Under the pieces are notes generated by a model. It made no database searches. It saw only the letters and a list, made by a program, of their open reading frames with translations, and was not told where the DNA came from. The translations under genes and the position numbers were made by a program. 64,000 nt of DNA from Selaginella moellendorffii (lineage: Eukaryota; Plantae; Lycopodiophyta): NCBI RefSeq assembly GCF_000143415.4, contig NW_003314264.1, positions 2,489,710 to 2,553,709 of the forward strand. Reading direction: 5' to 3'. Each line of letters opens with the position of its first letter. Within the stretch, counting starts at the first letter, position 1. Positions 11,461 to 23,692 of the stretch are shown in pieces.

Positions 11461-13690
11461 TGATAGTTGAGAAATTTTGTTAATATAGTGTAAAAATTAA
11501 TAAACTGTTAAATTTATTGAAAAATATAACACTAAATTTTTTAATAAATATTACAGAGTATTTAACAAGAGAACAAGTTTATGCATAGATAAAGATGAAA
11601 TATTTCTAAATTAAATTCATTATATTTCTAGCTATATAAATTTTATATCAATATACTTAGTGATAAAAGAGCTAAATTGAAATTAGAATATTTTTAATAT
11701 GAAAATAATTTAATTAACAAATATGAAAAATATAATTGTAACTCTAAGGAATGGAAAACAAAGAAGGTAAGAGACTTTTTTAATGAAGAAATAATATTGT
11801 AACATTATATTACAAGTTTAATATATTTATATACAAAATTTTACACAAAATATAAAAAAACATTAATTTTGACATAAAAATATTTTCTATTAAATTTAAA
11901 TGCTATACTAGTGTGTTTAGTAATTTCTATTACACTAATTAGTTTTTACTTGCATCAAAAAACATTTTGTTATTTTGTACTATAAAAAATCTACTACTTT
12001 ATTTGTGATTGTGAGAATATAGAACCTCCATCTCACATGATTTATTTATTTATTTAATGGAAAATGGTAAATTTCTCTATAAATACATTAATAAATGTGG
12101 ATAATATTTCACTCTTAAAATAATATTACAAAATGCTCTTTAATCTCAAAAATACCTCTCTTTTTTCAATTAAAATTATTTCATATAAAGTTTCATTGAA
12201 AATATTAAATAATAAAAATGAAACTAATGTTAATTTCTAGAAAATAAGTTTTTAAAAATAAACTATTTTTAGATTAAGAAAATCTAGATAACAGTATTAT
12301 TTCTTGACTTAAAATAATCTTTTAGTTAGAAAAAAATTTTATTTGGATTACCTTTAATTATGAACTATATGATGATGAGAATATTAAACAGTTATTTTGT
12401 TAAAATAAATGGTAAAATGTTTATTTTTAAAACTTTAATACTGTTATTAGTAAATAGATTAGAAATTCTTAATAATATGCTAGAATAGTAATTTAAAGTT
12501 TACTTTAATATAGAAAAAAATTAAATACTAAAAAATAGAAAAACTTTATGTGAAAAATTTGTAAGTATTCTAGAAAAATGTATAAAGTAAAAATATATAT
12601 TAATTTATTTTATGATTGAATAATACTTAAAAATAATTATTGACGATTAAAAAGTTTATATTTTATCCATATAACCAAGGTGTTTTACTTATGTAACTAT
12701 AGTGGACCAAAATATTTAGAAGTACTATTTTTCTGAATTAAAATCAAAATTTATTTAAAATAGTTATATAAAATAATTTGTACTTTAGAAAAGCCTTAAA
12801 GTTTTATATATATATAGCTAAAACTAATAGTGTCGCAAAATCAATAAATATAATTAACTTCATAGTTTTAATTTTAATATTTTTTTGGCTAAACTTGATA
12901 ACATGGCAAAAATCAATAAACATAATAGCTTATAAAATCTCAATTTCGAAATTTTTTTTTTATAAATAATACTATCTAATGTTAGTTTGAGTAATGTCAG
13001 TTAAGTAAGATGCTTATTCTCTATTGCCACAATAAATTTTAACAACAATACTGTAAAGACCATAAAAATATAATGACTTAATATATTAGATATTAAAAAG
13101 AACTTCTATTATTTAGAATTAAAATTTTATAAGTACTCATACTTATAGGTTTTTTTCAAATCTTTAGCTATATATATGTAATAAATTATGTACAAATATA
13201 TAATAAAAGTTTATTATAGTAAAATGGATTCAAATAACATATGAAATTTTTTAATACTTTTTAGTAAGTGATAGTATCAATTATTTTTTTGACATATAGT
13301 AAAAAAAGTTGTTGAATTTATGGACTAAAATGAAACACTGAGCTACTTTTAGTATAACTTATTGCAAAGAAAATGTAGCATGTTTTTATCTAATCTCGAA
13401 CAATTGAGATAAAATGTCAAATATTAATCTTGTCAATACACACAAATTAGATATAGAAGGTCCTTATTGGCAATAATACCATAGATTAGTTTACTTTTTA
13501 TATTTTGTATAAAACCTTGAATACAATAGAATAGTCAAACTCAAAACGATGCAATACCTAATAATATATGTCCAAACAAAAAGCTTTAGAAAATATCCCA
13601 ACAAAGAGTCTATTATAAACAACACATATGAGTTAGAAGTACATTGGCTTGTTTTGATGTGAGTCTAAAGTTTTTCAAAAATAAAATAAG
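11461..13690. repeat. Very AT-rich non-coding tract, probably decayed TE-derived DNA; includes an imperfect ~70-bp tandem duplication at ~12817-12960
   Basis: Far more AT-rich than the genic regions, with no credible ORFs. The motif GCAAAA(A)TCAATAAA.ATAAT occurs twice ~70 bp apart. Confidence 0.4.
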
Positions 13691-13711
13691 CAACACAGCC
13701 TTTTAGGTTGG

Positions 13712-14853
13712 ATGGAGGGAGAAAAGAAGAAGAGAGTGGTCCTGGTCACGGGAGCGTCGTCCGGGCTGGGCAAGGAATTCGCGATCGCGTTCGCGCAGCA
13801 GGGATCTTACCGGGTGGTGCTCGCGGCGCGCAGGACGCATCTGCTGGAATCGGTGTGCGAGGAGATCGGGCACCACGATGCCCGCTCTGTGGAGCTGGAT
13901 GTGAGCGCAAGCGAGAAATTTATCGATGCCGGCGTTGATCGGGCGTGGAATTGCTTTGGAGGTGTGGATGTGCTCGTCAACAATGCAGGCATTAGAGGCA
14001 AGTCTTCAATCTCTTTCGAAAATATGAAAAGTTCTTGCTGGTTTTTTTTCTTGAAGATTTTCAATCTCTTTTTTTCTCTTGACAACGTTCTTGGTTCCTC
14101 CGAGGAAAAAAAGTGGCATTAGTTTCTCGAAAGTCCTTGCTTGAAGATTTTTTACCAAGTGTTTTTCTTGAAAATTTATGTGCCTCTTGCTTGACAACGT
14201 TCTTGCTTCTTTGGTGATCATCTTTTTCTTAGCCAACTTTGTTCTTATGATAGTATTATTTTTTGTTTTTCTTTTCCTTCAGGACCTGTAAAGTCGCCTC
14301 TGGAGCTGGACGAAGACGATTGGAACAAAACCTTTAACACGAACACGAGAGGTACATGGCTGGTTTCCAAGGCTGTCGCGAGGAGAATGGTGGCCGCCAA
14401 GAAACCCGGCTCGATCATCAACATCTCCTCCACTGCATCATCCGGTGGCCTTCTTCCCGGCGGGATCGCCTACGCGTCATCCAAGGCCGCCATCAATCGC
14501 TTGACTCAGGTACCAGCTCCCTCCTTCCTCCCTGCTCGCGATTCTAAACGCTAGAGCACACACTCTTTCAGAGCATGGCCTTGGAGCTCGGCAAGTTTAA
14601 GATCCGAGTAAACGCCATCGCAGCTGGGATCTTTCCATCCGAGATCACCGACAGCCTTCTCGACAAAGCCTGGGTCCACGACGCCGCGGCCAAGATCGTT
14701 CCACTGCGCCGGTTTGGACAAGTATCTCCCGACTTGACGTCTCTCGTGCTCATGCTTGCGAGCGACGAACACTCGTCTTACATCACCGGCCAGATCTATC
14801 ACGTCGATGGCGGTCACACTTTGCCTGGGATCCAACTCTGGTCATCTCTTTGA
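13712..14853 (+). CDS. Short-chain dehydrogenase/reductase (classical SDR), probably peroxisomal (PTS1 SSL>)
   Basis: Exons 13712-13997, 14283-14509 and ~14572-14853. Motifs TGASSGLG, NNAG, S...YASSK and C-terminal SSL. Intron 1 is GC-AG (AG|GCAAGT). Confidence 0.92.
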
Positions 14854-14892
14854 ATTGATATCTATTAAACGTCTGTGTCTTTCTTCCTTTTG

Positions 14893-16017
14893 TCAACGAG
14901 GTTGACCCACCGGTGGAGTGAGAAAGGCTTGTAGGTGCTTGTTGAATTCCTTGGGCCTTTCCACTTGTGGAACGTGTCCTGTCTTTTCAATCACAACCAG
15001 CATCGCGTTCTCACCTAAATGTCTGAAAAGAAGCGCAAATGAGATCAGCACTGTAAGGAAAGAGACACTCGATTCTCAATCAATCAATCACTCACGCTTT
15101 TAGCTGTTTGGCGAGCTCCAGATCGAAGATCCGGTCGTGCGATCCCACGAGAATCAAGACCTCCTGTTCAAGAGCAATGTAAGTGCTAGAGAAATGATTT
15201 CCAAGAGTGTGTCTTTGCCTGTGAGAGCTTTGGCAGCGGCTGCGCGGCTTCGGTGCCGATGACCAGGCCGTCGAGGAGCTCAATCCTCTCCTTCCTGTTG
15301 CCGCCATACACCTGGATCGAAGCACAGTCAACGCACGGGCAGCAAGAGTCAACGAGGATTCAACACGAAAGCCTTTACCTCCATGAGATCCCGGACGAAG
15401 AAATCTGGGAGCCACAAGCGCTTGTAGAGGCAAAGCTGGATGCTTTTCTTCTGGACCGCGATGGAGCTGGGCATGAGGACCTCATGAATGTGCCTGGCCT
15501 GGAACGCGTCGAGGATCGCATCGTTGCTGTGGGGATCCATGCAAACGCCCGAGCTCGCGATCACTACCCTCTTCACGCGCGCCGGATCCAGCTCCGCCAT
15601 CCGGAATGCCACGAATCCGCCGTAGCTCGTCCCCGCCACCGCCGCCCCGTCGACGCCCTCCGCCTCGAGGATTTCGAGCATACAGCGAGCCTGGAAGAAC
15701 TCGGACCGCGCGCGCTCGTCGCTGGTGGTCGATCCGCCAAAGAAGACGAGATCGGGCACGTAGAGCGCGAAATTTCGGGATAGATCGGGCAGCTGATGCT
15801 CCCACCCAGCGATCCCGTTGGCCGCGAAGCCGTGGATGAGCATGAGCGGCGGCTTGGAGGGATCGTAGCCCGGGCTCGCGCGATCGGGCACCCAGCAGCG
15901 CATTACCGTGACGGAATCGCGCAAGGGGAACGTCTTTTCGATCAATCCCAAGCTCCGGCAGCGCTTCTCCAGCCGGCGTAGCATCGATCGAACGAGCGAG
16001 AAGCCGAAGCACGCCAT
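14893..16017 (-). CDS. Alpha/beta-hydrolase (ABHD6/monoacylglycerol-lipase-like)
   Basis: Four exons: IHGF oxyanion motif, GTSYGG nucleophile elbow, GSHDRIF acid, TGHVPQVERP histidine. Stop at 14893. Confidence 0.9.
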
Positions 16018-16108
16018 TACCCTATAATCCTTCTCTTCTGACCTTTAAATACATTGTGAAGCATAGAATATGCTTATTTCGAGCAAGGAATATGCTTCTA
16101 GGATTAGG

Positions 16109-18076
16109 TTAAGATCGCGCCCACGCGCCAAGCAGGGCAGTGCGCGCGGCGTCGCCCGGGACGAAGGGCATGGCGAGGAGGAGCTCGCGGGCCTCGTCCA
16201 GGCGGCCGCAGCGAGCTAGGATATCCACCGCGCACGCCCATTGATCCTCGCGCGGCACCACGCCGAAGTCGCCGGTGATGAGCTTCCAGCAGTGGAATCC
16301 CCGGTGGAGATCGCCGGTGTGGCTGCACGAGAGGAGGAGGAGGCTGAAGACGATGGGATCGAGCGAGAGTCCCTCCACCGCCAGGGAATGCAGCGCTGCC
16401 GGGTCGAGGGCGGCGCCACTGCGAGAGCGCGCGTCCAAGGCGCAGCTCCACGCGACTGGATCGGGCGAGATCTTCTGGGAGAGCTCTAGGGCTTGGGCGA
16501 TTCCGCCGCAGCGGCCATAGGCGCTGATGAGCGAGGCAAGCACGGCGGGCAGGGAGTCTAGGCCGGTACCCTGGATGCTCGAGTGGATCGTCTTGGCGAT
16601 GGCGAGCGAGGAGATTTGGGCGCAAGCGTCGAGGGCTGCGAGCACCGTTGCTTCGTTTGGTGTCACTCCCTCGATCGCCATTCCCCGCAAGAGGCCAAGC
16701 GCGCGGCAGGGATCTCCGCTGGAAGTGAATGCTGCGATCATCGTGTTCCAGGAGATCGTGTCTCTTTGATCCATGCTGTGAAAGAGGGCTATGGCGGTAT
16801 CGAGCGATCCGTGCTGGGCATACGCCGCGATCATCGTGTTTCGCGACGCACTGTCCTCTACCGGTCGATCCTGGAGGAGAGATTGGGCAGCGAGGAGATA
16901 CCCTCTCTGAGCATACGCGGCGATCATTGCATTCCAGGAGATCGCGCTGCGCTCCGGCATCTGATCGAAGAGCGATCTGGCGTCGTGCAATCGATTGCCG
17001 TGCGCGAGGGCGGAGATCATGAGCGTGTAGGCGACGATGTTTCTGTGTGGCATTCGATCGAAGAAAACCTCGGCGGTGGCTAGATCTCCCTCGCGGGCGT
17101 GCGCGGACGCCATGGCCGTCCACGAGATCACGTTCTTGTGCTGGATCGCGTGGAAAATCTCGCGCGCGGAGTCGAGAGCGCTGAGATTTCCGTACGCGGT
17201 GAGCGTGATGTTGGAGGAGGTCGCGTCCCAGCAAGGCATTCGCAGGTAGCACTGGATCGCGAGGTGGAGCTCGCCCCTCTGGGCGATGGCTTCGAGCAGC
17301 GAGATCCATGACCAGGAGCTTCGATCTGGAACAAGGGAATCGAATGCTTCTGTGATTTCATGCCTTGTTCTTTCGGGATCTCGAGCTAGAGCAGAGACGA
17401 TTGCTGTGCTTGACATCGTGTCCCAGATCGGCATCAAATCAAAGACAGGCTTCGCGCCCGCGAATTTCTCCCCGGCCTGGATCATCTGGCTCCAGGACGC
17501 GATGTTACGCTGCGGGCAAGATTCGAAGAGAAATCTCGCGTCCTGGCAGCGATCGTCCCGAATTGCAGCCGCGATCATCGAATTCCAAGTGAGAGTGGTG
17601 TGCTGGGGCATGCGATCGAAGAGATCTTGGCACTCCTTGCGATGCCCTTGCTGGGCAAATGCGGTCGCCATAGCGTTCCAAGAAACCATACCCCTAGAGG
17701 GCATACAATCGAATATCCGCTTGGCGGTATGTATATTCCCGGCTTGGGCATATGCCGTGCACATTGTGGTCCACGTCACCTCGTCCCACCCAGGCATCTT
17801 GTCCACCACGCGCTCGGCATCTTCCAGATCCCTATTCCCGGCATATGCCTGTAGGAGGGAGTTCCAGGTTCGAATATCTCGAGCGCCGGCGCGGTCGAAA
17901 GCCATTGCGGCCTCATCCAACCGTCCGTGCTGGCCAAGTGCCATGATAATGGCCGTCGATGCCACTGCATCCCTCTCGGGCATTTTCTCGTAGAGCGCTA
18001 GTGCGGTGGGGAGGTCTCTGTTCCTGACGAGCAAAGCGATGGAAATATTCCAAGAGATTATATTCCTTGGGCGCAT
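16109..18076 (-). CDS. PLS-class PPR protein dominated by short S/SS motifs, ending early in the E region
   Basis: Single long ORF of ~31-aa repeats (FDRMPxRxxxSWNAMIAAYAQxG). C-terminal 'ILARCGRLDEARELLLAMPFVP...ALLGAW' then stop. First ATG at 18076. Confidence 0.85.
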   Translation of the reverse strand: MRPRNIISWNISIALLVRNRDLPTALALYEKMPERDAVASTAIIMALGQHGRLDEAAMAFDRAGARDIRTWNSLLQAYAGNRDLEDAERVVDKMPGWDEVTWTTMCTAYAQAGNIHTAKRIFDCMPSRGMVSWNAMATAFAQQGHRKECQDLFDRMPQHTTLTWNSMIAAAIRDDRCQDARFLFESCPQRNIASWSQMIQAGEKFAGAKPVFDLMPIWDTMSSTAIVSALARDPERTRHEITEAFDSLVPDRSSWSWISLLEAIAQRGELHLAIQCYLRMPCWDATSSNITLTAYGNLSALDSAREIFHAIQHKNVISWTAMASAHAREGDLATAEVFFDRMPHRNIVAYTLMISALAHGNRLHDARSLFDQMPERSAISWNAMIAAYAQRGYLLAAQSLLQDRPVEDSASRNTMIAAYAQHGSLDTAIALFHSMDQRDTISWNTMIAAFTSSGDPCRALGLLRGMAIEGVTPNEATVLAALDACAQISSLAIAKTIHSSIQGTGLDSLPAVLASLISAYGRCGGIAQALELSQKISPDPVAWSCALDARSRSGAALDPAALHSLAVEGLSLDPIVFSLLLLSCSHTGDLHRGFHCWKLITGDFGVVPREDQWACAVDILARCGRLDEARELLLAMPFVPGDAARTALLGAWARS

Positions 18077-18207
18077 AAATGGATCAATGATCTCTGGGTG
18101 GATGATCTCGATATGTGTGAGCGGGATTTTCAAAATGTGGAGCTAGGGTTTAATGCTCTGACACGGGCGGCGGTGTGTGAGAGAGTGGCTGCAATCCAGA
18201 AGAAGCA

Positions 18208-20650
18208 ATGCCTCGGACTAGCAAGAATGTGGATCACAAGCGCAGGGCAGAGGTGTTGGTAGGAAATCGCCGGGCGATGAGGCTCAAGACTACTGGAATG
18301 AGCGCCGATCTTGCCGATCTTGCGAAGGTAGGGGCAGAGGGCGAGGTGGATGTGGAGAATGGCCAAGCTCTCTCGAAATCTGGGAACTTTGTGCTCGGCG
18401 ATGCCGCGAAAGTGAAGAACAATCTCCGGATCTTCAATATGTGCTACTTGCAAGCGATCAAGGTGTGACATTCTTCCATTCTTTGGTTGTGTCTTAGATG
18501 TTTTCCTTCTCTTTTCTTTTTTCTCTTTCCACAGGAAGAGCAGGAGCGTTGCAAGAAGATGAGGAACGCTTCCCAGCGTCCCGACTTGAAAGCGATCTCC
18601 AAGGTGATCATCTATGCCAAAACGAAGAACCTCTAACATGTTTCTTCTTCACAGATGCTGCGCATGAACGCGATTCTTTTTCCGGAGAAGCGCATTGGCG
18701 ACTTACCTGGTATGCTTTTTATGATCTTCGCGTCGAAGTATACAATGCTTCTTTCTAGGAGTAAAAGTCGGAGACACTTTCTTCTCTCGAGCTGAGCTTG
18801 TCAGCGTGGGGATCCACAAACACTGGATAAACGGAATAGATTACATTGGAAAGGTACTTGCTAGTAGCACGATGATTTATCTCTCACGCTTTGCTTAGGG
18901 AGACAACGATCACAAGACATATAACTTGCCTCTGGCCATTTCTATCGTCATGTCGGGAGGCTACGAGGACGACGTTGACAACTCCGATGATGTGATTTAC
19001 ACAGGACAAGGTGGAAACAATCTCGCTGGTGACCGGCGCCAAATGAAACATCAAGAGATGAAGCGTGGTAATCTGGCCTTGAAGGTTTGTGCTTGCTTTA
19101 CGTTCCATTGGCTTACGTGCTGAGTTTGCAGAACTCTATTGAAGAAGGGAACCCTGTCAGAGTCTTCCGTGGCCATGACTTGAGGCACAGCTACACTAAA
19201 AGGGTGTACACGTACGATGGCCTCTACAAGGTATTCACGATCGATTTCCTAGTCTGCGTTGTTTTAACTGTGTTTGTAGGTAGTGGACTATTGGGCTGAG
19301 AGAGGGATATCCGGTTTCAAGGTTTATAAATTCAAGCTAAGGCGCTGTGAAGGCCAGCCAGCGCTTACCACTGAGCAAGTCCGCTTCTGTAGAGGAAAGC
19401 TTCCTGTGGCGCCATCTGAGCGCGGGTGAGTACGCAGTGAACTTGGTTTGGAAAACTAAAGTTTGATCCTCTCTTTTGCAGACTGGTTTGCAAAGATATT
19501 TCCAATGGACTGGAAGTTTTGCCAGTTCCCGTGTCGAATCTCGTGGACAATCCGCCTTGTGCACCCGATGGTATTTCACAAGTTTCATGCATTCTTTGTG
19601 TGACAAATGACTTTCGTAGGCTACAGATACATCAACAAAATCGAAATTGATGACGGGATTGTACTTCCGCCTCCAGCGCTGGGATGCAGTTGCAAGGGGC
19701 TCTGCGTTGATCCTAAAACATGCAGCTGTGCAAAACGAAATGGACACACGTTTCCATACGTTGACAGCCATGGTGGCAGGTTCTCGACTCGATTTTTCGT
19801 GCAAGACTGATTTTCTTTTGTGTTTTTTAGACTGGCTGTGCCTCTTGACGCCGTGTATGAGTGTGGCCCAAACTGCGGGTGCGGTCCGGCATGTATAAAC
19901 CGAGTGACGCAGCGTGGCCTACGTTACCGCCTTGAGGTGAGCATTGTCAAGTGTTGGCGGCAATTTTGATATGTTGTTGCTACGATTTCAGGTGTACAAA
20001 ACCCAGCACAAAGGATGGGCTGTTAGATCATGGGATTCCATCCCTGCTGGAGCGCCCGTCTGTGAATACTTTGGCAAAGTTATAAAGTCTGACAGTCTCG
20101 ACGTAAAGAGCGACGTCTATTTGTTTGATCTGGATTGCATTCAAACCATGCGAGGAGTTGACGGCAGACAGGTATACCATTTACATTTGGATTCGAGAAT
20201 TTCTAAAACTTCTTCTCCAGAGACGGTGGGGAGACTTGAACAAGTTTTTGGACTACCAGAATGGGAAAGTTAGCTGCGAGTCCAGGGACGCTGAGGATGC
20301 GGAACACCATGGACAAGCGGAGTTTTGCCTGGACGGAGGCGAGTGTGGAGCAGTAGCGCGTTTTATCAATCACAGCTGCGAGCCAAACCTCTTCATCCAG
20401 TGCGTTTTATCGACTCATCACGACATGCGAATCCCTCGGATTGTACTGTTTGCAGCTGACAACATAGCACCACTTCAGGTAAAACTTTTCGCAAATCTAA
20501 TAGACATCCAGATGATCTTTGTTGTGAAAATGGCAGGAGCTAAGCTACGACTATGGCTATGCACTCAACAGTGTGGTCGATTCTGATGGTCTAGTGAAAA
20601 AATTGCCGTGTTACTGTGGAGCACTCTCGTGTAGGAAGCGACTTTATTAA
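18208..20650 (+). CDS. SUVH4: Histone H3K9 methyltransferase SUVH4/KRYPTONITE (SRA + pre-SET + SET + post-SET)
   Basis: About 13 exons. SRA motifs SIVMSGGYEDD, YTGQGG, GNLALKNS, YTYDGLYKV. SET motifs KGWAVRSWD, ARFINHSCEPN, ELSYDYGY. Post-SET CYCGALSCRKRLY*. Confidence 0.95.
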
Positions 20651-21305
20651 CAGCGGAAACGGATGTAAGGAAGTTCTTGACAGATTGATGATGGCAAGTT
20701 CTTATGATATTTGTTTCGCAGGAACAGTATCATGTTTGTATTTGATTGTAAAAGGTTGCGGCTTCGGAGGTTTATATTATCGTCAGGTTCACAACCTTTT
20801 CACGAAGAGTTAGACTGGATATTGATGAAATTTTGGCCAAGCGAACCTTATGTAACAGGAACAAAATCTTAGACCGCGATTAATATTATATGGAGCCAAC
20901 CCAGGCCCAAGAACTGTCTCGTTTTTAAGAGATTGCTTGAGTCTCAGAGGATTGGAAAAAGTATGAGCTTGTCACTAGGTGATACTACGATGGAGCTCGA
21001 GGTTTGGATCATTGGCCTTGGGAAGTCTGATGATGGAAGATCACCTGGATTTTAAGAAGAGTGAAAAATTGTAAGATAAAATGGCGGGATCGTGCTAAAG
21101 AAGAAAAGCTCAACGGCTATATCACTCTCAAATTTTTCTTTTGGGCGGCTTGGTCAGTAAAGAGACGGAAATGTGCCTGGGCGCGATCACGGTGGAATAG
21201 GGTCCGACGATCTTCTCGCCCGCCCTACTCTAGGTACGCGATCTTTCTTTTCGCGCCTGTTCTTTGCTGGATCGTCTCCAATTCTGGATGCTAGGGTTGC
21301 GCGAC

Positions 21306-23509
21306 ATGGCAAGAGGAGGGATCCGGAGGTCGCGCTGCGACGAGAATGCGAGGAGGGCCGAGGAAGAGGAGGCAGAGGCCGTGAAGCGGGCGAAAGGCGC
21401 GGATTATGGCAGCGCCAGGGAGAAAGAGGGCACTGGATCGAGTAAAGAGCAGCAGCAGAGTAGGAAGGGCAAGAAATCTGGGCGTAGGAGAGGCCGCGCG
21501 AAGAAAGACGGGAGCTCCATGGCGACGGCGTTGCTCCCGATCAACGAGAATGCATCTGGATCGTCTCTGGAAGGGGGAATCGCCAAGAAAGACGAGGATT
21601 TGCTCGTGGACAAGGCCAAAAATGTTGAAGTGGAGGCTGTGGCATGTAAGTACCTTGTTTCCTTCTTTTGAGAACTTTGTTCGAAGGGGAGTTTTTTTGC
21701 AGTCGTGGAAAGCACGAAGCCTGCGAGTTTGAGTGAGGATGGAGAAGGTAACTCCACCTTTTGTTTGAACTTTTCTGACGACGTGTTTCCACAGTCGAGC
21801 TCTCGTCATCTTCCTGCATGCACAGCCCCGAATCGCCCAAGGAGAGGACTGTCATCTGGAGCAATGCCGCTTTCTGCTCAGAGCAGCAAACTCAGACGCC
21901 GACTGCGACGATGTCTGTGGAGAAAAGCGTCCTCGTATGCAACGATGATACGGTGGCTGGTATGGAACTGATGACAGCTGAAGATGGTCTGAAGGATACC
22001 AAAGGTAGCGATGGATCTTCAGCAGTGAAACTTTCCTTGGCTGTTGAGGCCAACGAAGTACATGAAGTCAAGGTGCCAGAGAAAAATGAAATGACAGCGA
22101 TCGTCGAAGAGGACGAAGTAGACCACCTGGAGAAAGAGATAGAGAACGAGATCGCACTTCTGACTAAGAGGTTGGCGGAGCTTCGTGCAAAACGGGAGGC
22201 GAAACACAAGACGCAGGAACGAGCAAAGCGTGCACTCAGCTGTCCCCCGACTCCGCTTTCGTCCGGACTACAGGAACAGACGAACGATGGAGACAAGAGT
22301 AAGAGCCGGGGGAAAGGAAGGATGGTGTCGGCCAAGTTTCTGCAGTGGCCAACAAAAAGTCCTGACCTTGAACCAAAGACGTCGGAGAAGCAGGCGTCCT
22401 TTAGAAGAAACGAGGCTACTACGATTTCCTTTCAAGCTACTCCGACGAATGCCGTGACTCCTTTCTCCAAAGGTACTTCGACGGGTGCTGTGACTTCTTT
22501 TTCGAAGGCTACGACTCCTCATCACGGCCGTGCTCCTGTTCCGGACGCTGAGCAAAAGGAAACTTTTCTCAAGTCGGCTCCAAGAGTTTCTGTTCCGGAC
22601 GCTGAGCAAAAAGAATCTTCTCTCAAGTCGGCTCCAAGAGTTCCTGTTCCGGACGCTGAGCAAAAAGAAAGTTCTCTCAAGTCGGCTCCAAGAGTTCTTC
22701 TTCGAAGCAAAGCCATTGAGAAACTCCAGGCAGGCGCAGGTCTCAAGTGTCTAGCTCGGCCAGCGAGCTCCCTGAAGAGTAGCTACCGTTGCAGCCTCGA
22801 TGGCAACTTCATCGAGCAGATCCGAAACCTCAGCTTAAGCCCCGCCACCAGCAACGTTTCGGAGGCATCCAAGAAGTTCGACTGGACCAAGTCGCTTAGA
22901 TCTGGAGCTACCGTGGAGAAGAGGCCCCAGGTTGACGAGAGCCACAAGAAGGCAAAGGGGACTCCGGAAGCACAGCTTCTAGTCGATCTCAAGGAGAGCA
23001 ACAAGGCGTCCAAAGTTTCTCCGTCCGTGACACGAAAGGTGAGGAACGTCGCAAGCCGGTACAACGAGTCTCCTGCTCAACACCAGCCTACGAGGAAGCG
23101 ATCTCTGGACATCCCGTCTCAAGCATCGCCAGACACGGGAGGAGCGGCACCAGCAGCTTCGAGCCACAGGAAAAGAGTGTCACTCGATCAGCAGCAGCAG
23201 CAGGAGCAGGCAGTCGACGCAGCAAATCCTCCAGCTCGAAAGTCTGGCATTGGAGCAGCGGCAAGATCCGGATTGAGTCGTCTCCGGCCGAGGAATCCAG
23301 CGAGCAGGGAGGCGATGAAAACGCCACCGATGAGAAGAGATGGATTGGAGAGCGAGCTCAAAAAGCTGCCGGGTCTGGTGATCAACCGGGAGGTGGAGTA
23401 TAGTCCCAGAGACTCGGGCTGCGTGAAGCGCGCGAGCCAACAAGGAGGAAAGAAGAGCTTCTTCCTAAGCACCGAGAGCTGGGACGCTGGCCATCGAGAA
23501 GAAAAGTAG
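21306..23509 (+). CDS. Uncharacterised low-complexity/coiled-coil plant protein
   Basis: Exon from ATG 21306, small exon ~21703-21747, long last exon to 23509. Coiled coil EIENEIALLTKRLAELR and conserved-looking motifs GRMVSAKF, ASRYN, SPRDSGCVKR. Confidence 0.75.
22535..22697 (+). repeat. 3 x 54-bp coding tandem repeat (VPDAEQKExxLKSAPRVx)
   Basis: GTTCCGGACGCTGAGCAAAA begins at 22538, 22592 and 22646. Confidence 0.95.
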
Positions 23510-23692
23510 AGAAAATCTAAGCGAGGTAACGTTTGTTTCTTCTTTTTTTTTTTCCTCCCATGGTTTGATCGCTCAACTTCTGGCTGGGTCATCCTTTTCA
23601 AATAAGGGGAATATGCTTGTTGTTAAATACTATGCGAATATACTCGTTGTTCTAAGAATATTTAGGGTTCTAGGGAAGAAGGTCAGGAGATT

